Shown here piece by piece: positions 29,528 through 38,050 of a DNA stretch of 64,000 nucleotides (within the stretch, counting starts at the first letter, position 1; each line of letters begins with the position of its first letter). Origin of the DNA: an uncultured Sphaerobacteraceae bacterium (GTDB lineage Bacteria; Chloroflexota; Chloroflexia; Thermomicrobiales; UBA6265); assembly GCA_964610045.1 (NCBI GenBank), contig CAZSUN010000002.1:40925-104924 (forward strand), written 5' to 3'. A program made the position numbers and the translations under genes. The notes under the pieces are model-generated. The model was not told where the DNA came from, made no database searches, and saw nothing but the letters and a program-made list of their open reading frames with translations.

Positions 29528-30378
29528 GTGACCGGCTCGCCCCCCAACCAAACCGACCCAGCGAGCCCGCCTGTGCCGCCTACCTCGACCTCCTGCCTGC
29601 CTATGCGCTGGGAGGAATCGACTTGGCCGACAGGGCTCTGATCGAGCAACACCTACGGTCCTGCGAACGTTGCCGGCACGAACTTGACATCCTGTCGATG
29701 ATTGCGGACAGCCTTCCGCTCTCCTTGCCAATGGACCAGCTTCCGGATCCGGAGTCGTGGCAGGTCATTGCCGAACGCATCAAGTCCGAAGATGCCGGAC
29801 TCCCGGTTGTCGCTGCCAGCCTGTGCGATCAACCACCGGTGGACCCCGCCATCGTCGCCACACCCAGCGTATCCCAACCATCCAGGTGGGTGCGTTACCT
29901 GCCCGCGGCACTGGTAGCTCCCCTGGCCCTGGCCCTGATTTTCCTCGGGGCATGGGCGAACGGGCTCCAGAACGACCTCGATGCCCAGGATGCCAGCAAC
30001 ACTGCCGCATCCATCTCCCCGGAAATGCTCAACGACAGCAGCGTTCACACCTACGCTGTCGAGCGCTCCTGTACCGATTGCCAGGGCAGTGGGCAGGTTG
30101 GTCTCAGCGCGTCCTCGCAAATGGGCATGCTGGTCGCGTGGGATTTCGATCCTGATCAGGACCACATGGTGTGGGGAGTCACGGCCAACGGGGAAATGCG
30201 GAAGGTCTGCCAGCTCTATGTCAACCCCACCGGGGCAGTGATGCAGACGTTCATGCTTCCGGACAGCGCGGCGACACTCCGGGAAATCTATATAACGGAC
30301 GAAGAGGGGCATCTCATCTATGTCGCTCATCTTCGTCCGGTTGATCCTGTTCCGACCGCTGCGCCGATCATCAACTGA
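29524..30378 (+). CDS. anti-sigma factor (zf-HC2 N-terminus, one TM, extracytoplasmic RskA-like domain)
   Basis: HLRSCERCRHELD zinc-binding motif and a TM helix WVRYLPAALVAPLALALIFLGAW. Its GTG overlaps the sigma stop (GTGA). Confidence 0.8.
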   Translation: MSDRLAPQPNRPSEPACAAYLDLLPAYALGGIDLADRALIEQHLRSCERCRHELDILSMIADSLPLSLPMDQLPDPESWQVIAERIKSEDAGLPVVAASLCDQPPVDPAIVATPSVSQPSRWVRYLPAALVAPLALALIFLGAWANGLQNDLDAQDASNTAASISPEMLNDSSVHTYAVERSCTDCQGSGQVGLSASSQMGMLVAWDFDPDQDHMVWGVTANGEMRKVCQLYVNPTGAVMQTFMLPDSAATLREIYITDEEGHLIYVAHLRPVDPVPTAAPIIN

Positions 30379-30595
30379 CCGATCTTCATCCACACCATCA
30401 ACGATGCATCCTGCGCATTCCCCCGTTTCCGTGATCCAGTCACGGAGCGACCAGTGAGCCGGTTTGCGTCATCGCGGTTCGCACCGCTATAGTCGTGCCG
30501 GCGACGAGGCGCCAGTGAACGCACTGCCCGCCCGCCGACCTCGCGTGACTGCCTGCAAGACCGGCAACACCACGACCGAAGGGACGAGTGCACGG

Positions 30596-31723
30596 ATGGA
30601 TGCGGTGATACCGGTGACCGACATCGGCAAGGTGAACGCACCAGGCAGGCTTGAAACCGTTCCCAGGACGACGGCCAACACGATACCGGAAACCGGAGTT
30701 GAACTCGCCGGAGACATCGCACCCGGCTCGATTTCCTCCCTCTCCATCCTGATTCCTGTCATGAACGAAGAAGGGAATCTTGGCGAACTCTACGAGCGCC
30801 TGACCCGCTCCCTGCACCGGATTGGACTCCCGTTCGAGATCGTCTTCGTGGACGATGGTTCGTCCGATCAAACGTGGAACCTGATCTGCGGATTGAGCGC
30901 GGCCGATCGCCGGATCATTGGACTTCGCCACCGTCGCAATTTTGGCAAGGCTCAGGCACTTTCCGATGGTTTTGCTGTGGTGCGCGGCGATGTCGTGATC
31001 ACGATGGACGGCGACCTGCAGGACGATCCAGACGAAATTCCCCGCTTCCTCGACATGCTGGATCAAGGATACGATGTCGTCTCCGGATGGAAGCAGCGGA
31101 GACAGGATCCGCTCGGCAAGACCGCGCCGAGCCGGGTGTTCAACTGGACCGTGCGGAAGACAACCGGAGTGCAACTCCACGATTTCAACTGCGGCTTCAA
31201 GGCCTACCGCCGTGAAGTCACCTCCTCGATCCGCCTGTATGGCGAACTCCACCGGTTCACCCCGGTACTGGCAAGCGCCGAAGGATTCCGTATCGGTGAG
31301 CTTCCGGTCAAGCACCACGCCCGCAAGTGGGGCACCTCCAAGTACGGTTGGTCGCGGCTGACCAAGGGATTCCTCGACCTTCTCACCGTCATTTTCCTGA
31401 CGCAGTACCGGCAACGGCCGATGCACCTGTTCGGTCTGCCAGGGCTTGTTTCAATGGCACTGGGCGTCTTCTTGGGGCTTTGGCTCACCTTCGAGAAGAT
31501 TGTGCTCGATCACTCGATTGGCACCCGGCCAGCATTGCTGCTGTCCGTCCTGCTGGTCGTGATCGGTGCACAATTCTTTGGGCTGGGTCTGCTCGGCGAA
31601 TACCAGGCGCACCGATCCCACGAACCGGCCGAGGCACGGAGACTTCCATTGAGCGCGACAGTCGGTATCGCCAATCGTCCAGAACTTGCGCCACCCACCC
31701 CCACCCCGGAGCAGGCTGGTTGA
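30596..31723 (+). CDS. GT2 polyprenyl-phosphate glycosyltransferase (GtrB/ArnC/DPM1-like, two C-terminal TM helices)
   Basis: SILIPVMNEEGNL, VFVDDGSSDQT and TMDGDLQDDPDEIP (DXD) motifs. Two hydrophobic helices after the catalytic domain. Start taken at the ATG at 30596. Confidence 0.8.
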   Translation: MDAVIPVTDIGKVNAPGRLETVPRTTANTIPETGVELAGDIAPGSISSLSILIPVMNEEGNLGELYERLTRSLHRIGLPFEIVFVDDGSSDQTWNLICGLSAADRRIIGLRHRRNFGKAQALSDGFAVVRGDVVITMDGDLQDDPDEIPRFLDMLDQGYDVVSGWKQRRQDPLGKTAPSRVFNWTVRKTTGVQLHDFNCGFKAYRREVTSSIRLYGELHRFTPVLASAEGFRIGELPVKHHARKWGTSKYGWSRLTKGFLDLLTVIFLTQYRQRPMHLFGLPGLVSMALGVFLGLWLTFEKIVLDHSIGTRPALLLSVLLVVIGAQFFGLGLLGEYQAHRSHEPAEARRLPLSATVGIANRPELAPPTPTPEQAG

Positions 31724-32745
31724 CGAATTCCGGCCAGGCGACATCATCTGGAGATCCACGCTGGCAGCGCCTGAGATCCTGGTTCGGGCCTCTCCTCCGC
31801 ATCCCGACTCCAGTGATTTTCGCAGGCAGCGTGATGCTGGCGATTGCAGTCCTGTGGCTCCAGGGCGCGGCCCAGGAGATGACCGATTCGCTGGGAGAGG
31901 CCGATTGGCGACTCCTGCTTGTCGCAGCTCCCATCTACCTCTTCAGCCTCGCGCTCCTCTGCCTGCGATGGCACCTGCTGGTGAGAATGGCGCAGGGGCG
32001 CTCGAACCTCCCACGTGCGTCCGAGGCATTCCTGACATCGGTCGTCATCAACTACGCAGCCCCGATCGGACTTGCCGTGCCGTCGCGAGCGGCATTGACC
32101 AAGCGTTCCTTGGGTCTCGATCCGCATGCCACCGGCACCATCGCGATCTGGGAGATCGGGATGGATGTGATCATCCTCGGATTCGGATCGCTGGTCTGGC
32201 TCTCGATTGCTGATGGGTCCGGCGCGGCTATCGGCGGTGAGTTGTCGAGTTCCGCCCGTGCCTACGCCCTTGTTGGCGCAATCGCGATCGGTGTAGCAGC
32301 TGTCGCGGGATGGTGGTTCCTGAAGACCGCCGACCGCCGCGCCCGGCTCTTCAGTACCGGCCGGCGGATCCTGCTCGCTCCTGCCGAACGCCCGCGGGTT
32401 GCATCGGTGGCGCTCGTGGTCACCACCGCGTACTGGATCCTGCAGGGAGTCGTCCTGGCAATCCTGTTGCAGGCATTCCATGTGGATGTATCGTTCGAAT
32501 TGGTGCTCGGTATCAGCACCATCCCAATTTTGGTGGGAATGCTCAGCCCGATACCAGGTGGCGCCGTGGTTCGTGAAGCGTTGATGTACGCGGTGGCACG
32601 GTTGGCTGGCGTGCCCGGCGGACCTGTCATCGCCGCCGCATTGATCTACCGGCTGGCGTTGTTTGCAGCCATTCCCATCCTCTATGGGATTGTGCGATGG
32701 TGGATCGCCCATGAGACACGGGCGGAAGGGATGGACGTACCATGA
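31720..32745 (+). CDS. flippase-like membrane protein (lysyl-PG synthase TM-region / UPF0104 family)
   Basis: Polytopic ORF with LCLRWHLLVR and SPIPGGAVVREAL blocks typical of this family. The proposed TTG start at 31720 overlaps the GT2 stop. The ORF-track start at 31327 lies inside the GT2 gene. Confidence 0.6.
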   Translation: MTNSGQATSSGDPRWQRLRSWFGPLLRIPTPVIFAGSVMLAIAVLWLQGAAQEMTDSLGEADWRLLLVAAPIYLFSLALLCLRWHLLVRMAQGRSNLPRASEAFLTSVVINYAAPIGLAVPSRAALTKRSLGLDPHATGTIAIWEIGMDVIILGFGSLVWLSIADGSGAAIGGELSSSARAYALVGAIAIGVAAVAGWWFLKTADRRARLFSTGRRILLAPAERPRVASVALVVTTAYWILQGVVLAILLQAFHVDVSFELVLGISTIPILVGMLSPIPGGAVVREALMYAVARLAGVPGGPVIAAALIYRLALFAAIPILYGIVRWWIAHETRAEGMDVP

Positions 32746-33383
32746 GCATCAGTGAAACGTATCAGTACGAAGGCAGCCTCCAGGTCGACACCAGCAACTT
32801 CCGGAAGCACACGAGTGAAAACCCGATCCAGCGGAGGCTGATCGACCGCTTCCATCAGCGCATCACCGCGATCGTGTCTGGCTATCACCCGTCAACGCTC
32901 CTGGACGCAGGTTGTGGTGAAGGCTTCGTCGCCGACATCTTCCAGACGGCCATGCCGGAGGTGCAGATCACCGGGTTCGATGTCCTTGCGGATTCGGTCG
33001 CTCTCGCATCGCTCCGCAACCCGCGTGGTTCGTTTGCCGTTGGCGATATCTACAATATCGGATTCCCGGACAGCACCTTTGATGTGGTCTACTGCTTCGA
33101 AGTGCTCGAGCATCTCCACGAACCCGATCGCGCCCTCCGCGAAATGGCCAGAGTCGCGAAAACGGCGGTCGTCCTCAGCGTGCCGCATGAGCCATTCTTC
33201 TGCCTGGCCAATGCGTCGAGAGGCAAGAACCTCGATCAGACGCCAAAGGGGTCAGACCCTGATCACCGGAATTTCTGGTCCCGGCATCAGTTCGCCGATT
33301 TCGCGGCGACAGCCCTCGATGTCAAGCTGGTGACAGGATCGATGCCGTGGACGATCCTCGCGGGGTCGCCAAGACTGGTCTAG
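32742..33383 (+). CDS. class I SAM-dependent methyltransferase
   Basis: Motif I LLDAGCGEGFV and a post-I acidic residue. 213 aa. Its ATG overlaps the upstream stop (ATGA). Confidence 0.75.
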   Translation: MSISETYQYEGSLQVDTSNFRKHTSENPIQRRLIDRFHQRITAIVSGYHPSTLLDAGCGEGFVADIFQTAMPEVQITGFDVLADSVALASLRNPRGSFAVGDIYNIGFPDSTFDVVYCFEVLEHLHEPDRALREMARVAKTAVVLSVPHEPFFCLANASRGKNLDQTPKGSDPDHRNFWSRHQFADFAATALDVKLVTGSMPWTILAGSPRLV

Positions 33384-33436
33384 CGGTCGCTGGCCACCCG
33401 CCGGGGTACACTGGACGCTCCAGGTGAGGATCGCCC

Positions 33437-35113
33437 ATGACCGGCAACATTCCAGATCGATCGATCAGCAACCCGGACCATGGTCCTGTCAATCCATTGG
33501 GCGGCAGGATCCACCATCCAGTCGACGATCAGGACCGGCGTCGATGGGCGGGATTCGTCGCGTACGTTCGCGTCTGTCCGGAATGCGGCTGGGAAAACGA
33601 CGAACATGCGCTGTTCTGCGTCACCTGCGCGGCCGACCTGCGGCAGATTGTCTCCACCCCATCGAGCAATGCCCGGCCCGGTACAGAGCTGCTGCAGAAA
33701 CGGCTCGAACGGGACCGTCGCCAGGCGGGCAGGCTCCGCCTCGGTGAGACAAAAGGCGGCGGCGGTTGGATCGCAATCGCAATCGTTACCATTGCGGGGA
33801 CGATCGTCGTGAATCCGGCCCGGTCGTTGGCCATACCGATCTGGTTCGTGGCGGTCACGATCGCGGTCGTCGGTATCTGGCAGCTCCGGATCGATGCGAA
33901 GGCGCTCCAACAGTGGGGTAGCGTCTTCGCGACGATCGCCGTCCTGCTCCTCGGCCTGGTTGGCTACCAGGCGATCCAGGCAGCTCCGCCGGATAGCGTC
34001 ACCAGCAGTTCGATCGCCACGCCGTCAAACAATATGGATATGGGACATTCCACGAGCGTTGCGACCCCGTCCGCCACGCTCGTGAGCGGATCGGTCGCCA
34101 TGTCCCAGGGAAACGCGGCCCACGACGGGGTCATGCCCGGCCCGGCGCCGGCCGGTGCACCCCGGCTGGCATGGCAGGCCGACTCCGGGGGCGAACTGTA
34201 TGCCGCGCCGTCGCTCGCGAATGGCATGCTGTATGTCAGTAGCAAGAACGGCCACATCCTCGCCGTTGACGCGTCCACCGGCGCAACCATCTGGTCGAGC
34301 GAATTGTCGTCCTACGTTACCCGGGGGACGCCAGCGATTTCGGACGGCGTTGTCTTCGCCGGAGGCGGATTCGATTTCCATGCATTCGACGCCACAACCG
34401 GTGACGTCCTGTGGCAGGTGCCAGTGCAATACGGAGGTCAGGCCTCCCCCACGATCACGGGAAATGTCGTGCTCGTCACCAGCCAGCAAGGCTGGCTCTA
34501 TGCCCTGGACCGGGGGACGGGCGAGACGGTCTGGAGGATTCCGACCGAAGGTCTCGCGTTCGGCTCGGCGGCGGTTGTGGACAACAACGTCGTCTTCGGG
34601 ACCGACGAGGGGATCATCTACAACGCGAGACTCGACACCGGCCGCCTGAACTGGCGAACGCTGGTAACAGGGTCGGTTTTTGCAACGCCGTCGCTAGCCA
34701 ACAACATGGTCTTCGTCACCACCGCCTCGGGTGAAGTCAACGCGCTGGACCTGGAAACCGGCACCAGGCGCTGGACTGCCAATCATGGCAGCACCGAGTC
34801 CCTGGCGGTATCGGGTGACCTGGTGGTGATTGCTGCCAGTGATGGCGGCGTGTACGGTCTCGATGCGGCGACCGGCGATCAATTGTGGTTGCATCCCGCG
34901 GGGAGTGACGATCTCACTGCTCCGGTGATCGTCGATGGACTCGTGATCATCGGCGCCGGCAGCACGCTCCTGGCCCTGGATGTCGAGACAGGCGAGACCG
35001 TTTGGTACTTCCTGGCCGGCGATGTCATCGAGTCGCCGCCAGTCGTGGTCGGCGGATACGTGTTTTTCGGTGGCCGGGACGGGTTCCTGTACGCAGTGAG
35101 CGCCGAAAGCTAG
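33437..35113 (+). CDS. zinc-ribbon / 3-TM / PQQ-like beta-propeller repeat protein
   Basis: N-terminal CPECGW...FCVTCAADL zinc ribbon and three hydrophobic helices. The C-terminal part has repeated ...G.L.ALD..TG...W units typical of BamB/PQQ-type propellers. AGGTGAGGA Shine-Dalgarno upstream. Confidence 0.75.
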   Translation: MTGNIPDRSISNPDHGPVNPLGGRIHHPVDDQDRRRWAGFVAYVRVCPECGWENDEHALFCVTCAADLRQIVSTPSSNARPGTELLQKRLERDRRQAGRLRLGETKGGGGWIAIAIVTIAGTIVVNPARSLAIPIWFVAVTIAVVGIWQLRIDAKALQQWGSVFATIAVLLLGLVGYQAIQAAPPDSVTSSSIATPSNNMDMGHSTSVATPSATLVSGSVAMSQGNAAHDGVMPGPAPAGAPRLAWQADSGGELYAAPSLANGMLYVSSKNGHILAVDASTGATIWSSELSSYVTRGTPAISDGVVFAGGGFDFHAFDATTGDVLWQVPVQYGGQASPTITGNVVLVTSQQGWLYALDRGTGETVWRIPTEGLAFGSAAVVDNNVVFGTDEGIIYNARLDTGRLNWRTLVTGSVFATPSLANNMVFVTTASGEVNALDLETGTRRWTANHGSTESLAVSGDLVVIAASDGGVYGLDAATGDQLWLHPAGSDDLTAPVIVDGLVIIGAGSTLLALDVETGETVWYFLAGDVIESPPVVVGGYVFFGGRDGFLYAVSAES

Positions 35114-35166
35114 ACAGCCCCCGGCGAGAACCGTGGGTGAATCCTTCGCGGTACGCCGGATCCGGT

Positions 35167-36480
35167 TCAGCCTACCTGGGCGAAGGACTCACGCGCTGCC
35201 TCGATCGTGTGTTCAAGATCCGCATCGTCATGGGCGGTGGAAAGGAAACACGCCTCGAATTGCGAGGGAGCGAAGTACACACCACGATCCAGCATCGCAT
35301 GGAAGAACGTCCGGAAGCGATCGGTGTCGCTGGTTCGGGCATCGTCGTAGTTCGAGACCGGGGTTTCATTGAAGAAGAATCCCGCCATCGTACCAACAGC
35401 ATTGGCCTGGATTGGGACCCCAGCGGCGACGGCGGCGGCGGCGAGACCGGCCATGAGGCGTGACGTGGATTCCGCGATTCCATCCCACACACCAGGTCGC
35501 TGGAGGATCTTCAGGGTGGCGATACCTGCCGCAGTCGCCACCGGGTTGCCGGACAGTGTGCCGGCCTGATACATCGTCCCCGCCGGGGCGACGTGTTCCA
35601 TAACCTCCCGGCTGCCAGCGTAGGCGGCCAGAGGAAATCCACCGCCAACGACCTTGCCGAACGTGATCAGGTCGGGTTCGATACCGAACAGTTCGGCTGC
35701 GCCGCCAGGCGCAACCCGGAAGCCGGTCATCACCTCATCGAAGATGAGGAGTGCCCCGTGATTCTTTGTGATGGCGCGCAATCCTTCGAGAAAACCCGGC
35801 ACCGGCGGCACCAGCCCCATGTTTCCGGCCACGGGTTCCACGATCACGGCGGCGATATCGTGGCCGGGTTCCGCAAACAGTGATTCGACCGCCTCCAGGT
35901 CGTTGAACGGCGCAACCAGGGTGTCGGCTGTCGCACCGGCCGGCACACCCGGACTGTCAGGCAGCCCGAGAGTCGCGACACCGCTCCCGGCCTGGACCAG
36001 GAGCATGTCGGCGTGACCGTGATAGCACCCTCCAAATTTAACGATGCGGGTGCGGCCAGTGGCGGCGCGCGCAAGGCGCAGCGCACTCATCGTCGCTTCC
36101 GTTCCCGACGACACGAGGCGGACGAGATCGACCGCCGGCACGGCATCGACAATGAGTTGGGCAAGTTCTGTTTCGGCTTCGGTTGGCGCGCCGAAGCTGG
36201 TGCCGCGCTGGAGCGCCCGCGTCGTCGCCTCGACAACTTCCGGATGCGCATGTCCAAGGATCAGCGGCCCCCAGGACAGGACGTAGTCGATGTATTCGTT
36301 GCCATCGACATCGGTGAAGCGACAGCCGGAGCCGCGGTCGACGAACACTGGCGTTCCGCCCACGGAGCGAAAGGCACGCACCGGACTGTTCACACCACCG
36401 GGAATCACTTTCCGGGCCGCGGCGTATGCCTGCTCCGACTTGGCGTGACTCATCGGTGTGGAACGCACGGTGGGTGGCAC
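35167..36480 (-). CDS. hemL: glutamate-1-semialdehyde 2,1-aminomutase
   Basis: [12 protein letters not shown] signature and PLP lysine region [11 protein letters not shown]. The GTG at 36480 has AAGGAG 6 nt upstream. An ATG at 36453 is an alternative start. Confidence 0.9.
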   Translation of the reverse strand: MPPTVRSTPMSHAKSEQAYAAARKVIPGGVNSPVRAFRSVGGTPVFVDRGSGCRFTDVDGNEYIDYVLSWGPLILGHAHPEVVEATTRALQRGTSFGAPTEAETELAQLIVDAVPAVDLVRLVSSGTEATMSALRLARAATGRTRIVKFGGCYHGHADMLLVQAGSGVATLGLPDSPGVPAGATADTLVAPFNDLEAVESLFAEPGHDIAAVIVEPVAGNMGLVPPVPGFLEGLRAITKNHGALLIFDEVMTGFRVAPGGAAELFGIEPDLITFGKVVGGGFPLAAYAGSREVMEHVAPAGTMYQAGTLSGNPVATAAGIATLKILQRPGVWDGIAESTSRLMAGLAAAAVAAGVPIQANAVGTMAGFFFNETPVSNYDDARTSDTDRFRTFFHAMLDRGVYFAPSQFEACFLSTAHDDADLEHTIEAARESFAQVG

Positions 36481-36549
36481 AGTCGTCTCCTTGGTCGGTG
36501 ATCGGGATCGACACGAGTTGGCGCGGCAGACAGGATGACCTAAGTGAGA

Positions 36550-37794
36550 TCAGGCGCGATCGACGCCCTGGATCGACAGGATCGCCTGCACCTCCTCAGG
36601 GGAGGAGGCTTCACGCAAGGCGATGGTCGGATCATGCGTGAGTTTGCTGGCGATCGCACGCGCCATGGCGCGCACGAGGTTTTGGTCGCGCTCGGAAAGG
36701 TGAGCGAGCTTCCGGAGTGTCCGCTCGAGTTCGGTGTCCCGGATGGTGCCTACCCGGGTCTGGTATCGCTCGATGGCCTGAGCACCCGCCCGGCTCCTGG
36801 TCCAGGATTCAAACTCCGCGACCGCACCATCGACGATCGTCTCAACCTTGATGACCTCATCAGCGTATTGCCGCCGGACCTCAGCCGCGACGACTTCCAG
36901 GGCATCGACATCGCGAACATGGACGCCGTCCAGCCGCTCGCAATCACGGTCGATTGCCCGTGGCACGCTGATATCGATCATCAGGATCGGCTTGGTTCGC
37001 GGGTGGATCAGATGAGGACGGATCATGGGCTCATCCACCATCACCGCACCAATCACGAGATCGGCGTGGGCGATTGCCTGTTCGATTCCGCTGATGGGAA
37101 CCACGCGACCGTCGATGGTCTCCGCGAGTTCCCGGGCACGATGTACCGACCTGTTCACCACCGTCAGGTCGTGTATGCCGTGAGACCGCAACAATTTGCC
37201 GGTGAGAGTCGCCATCTTGCCTGCGCCAAGCAGCACGACAGCCTGGCCAGCGAGCATCCCGAGTTCGTGAATCGCCAGGTCGACTGCGGCATGAGCGATG
37301 GACACCCGGTTTCTGGCGATGTCCGTTTCAGTTCTGGCCCGCTTGCCGACCCGCAACGCGTCGGTCGCCAGTCGCTGGAGAACAGGACCCATTGCCTCGG
37401 CGTCACGAGCCGAGGCGAGGGCGTCCCGGATTTGAGAGAGGATTTGCGGTTCGCCCAGGACCAGCGAATCGAGCCCGCTGGCAACCTTGAACAGATGATT
37501 GACCGCATCACTGCCGGAGTGAACGTAGGAGGATTGCTCGATCAAATGCGATGGCACGCTGTGGAAGCGAGTCAGGAAACTGAAAATCTCGTTCCGCGGA
37601 TCGAGATCGCCGTGACCGACCGCATAGATCTCGGTGCGATTGCACGTGGAGAGGATGAGTCCTTCATCCACCTGGGCGCCAAGGGTGCGAAGCCCCTCGG
37701 TAAGCGCATCGCCCGAAAAGGCGATCCGCTCCCGAACGGCTACCGGCGCATATTCGTGGTTGGAACCGACGATCACGATCCGGGGATCACTCAA
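36550..37794 (-). CDS. hemA: glutamyl-tRNA reductase
   Basis: IVIVGSNHEYAPVAVRERIAF and STCNRTEIYAV signatures. I prefer the TTG at 37794 (MSDPRIVIVGSNH...) by analogy with known HemA N-termini. The ORF-track start is a GTG at 37872. Confidence 0.85.
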   Translation of the reverse strand: MSDPRIVIVGSNHEYAPVAVRERIAFSGDALTEGLRTLGAQVDEGLILSTCNRTEIYAVGHGDLDPRNEIFSFLTRFHSVPSHLIEQSSYVHSGSDAVNHLFKVASGLDSLVLGEPQILSQIRDALASARDAEAMGPVLQRLATDALRVGKRARTETDIARNRVSIAHAAVDLAIHELGMLAGQAVVLLGAGKMATLTGKLLRSHGIHDLTVVNRSVHRARELAETIDGRVVPISGIEQAIAHADLVIGAVMVDEPMIRPHLIHPRTKPILMIDISVPRAIDRDCERLDGVHVRDVDALEVVAAEVRRQYADEVIKVETIVDGAVAEFESWTRSRAGAQAIERYQTRVGTIRDTELERTLRKLAHLSERDQNLVRAMARAIASKLTHDPTIALREASSPEEVQAILSIQGVDRA

Positions 37795-38050
37795 TGCCGC
37801 TGGCCTTGTTTGGCGCACCCGAATCGAACCGGGCGCCTCCCTCTCACACCGCCGCGGGACCGGAATGTCCACATGGCAACAATTCCTATCTAGGATACTT
37901 CACCGCACCGCCCAATGGCGTCCGGGCGCTGCATGCGTTCCGCTTTGCGCATCTGGACGCCGCCGCCTATAGTGCCGACTGGAACGGCATTCAGCCGACT
38001 CGACTTCGGGCATCCGGTTCAATCCATCACCTTCGAGGAGTGGCAGACCC

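Noticed and set aside
37801-37880. A tRNA gene suggested by GGTTCGATTC...GCGCCA on the minus strand.
   Set aside because: The T-loop would be 8 nt rather than 7. No complementary 5' acceptor strand (TTGGCGC) or D/anticodon arms can be drawn in the upstream 70 nt.
36544-37893. 449-aa + strand ORF covering the whole hemA locus.
   Set aside because: It is the antisense shadow of hemA. The minus-strand frame carries the canonical HemA signatures (VGSNHEYAPVAVRE, STCNRTEIY).
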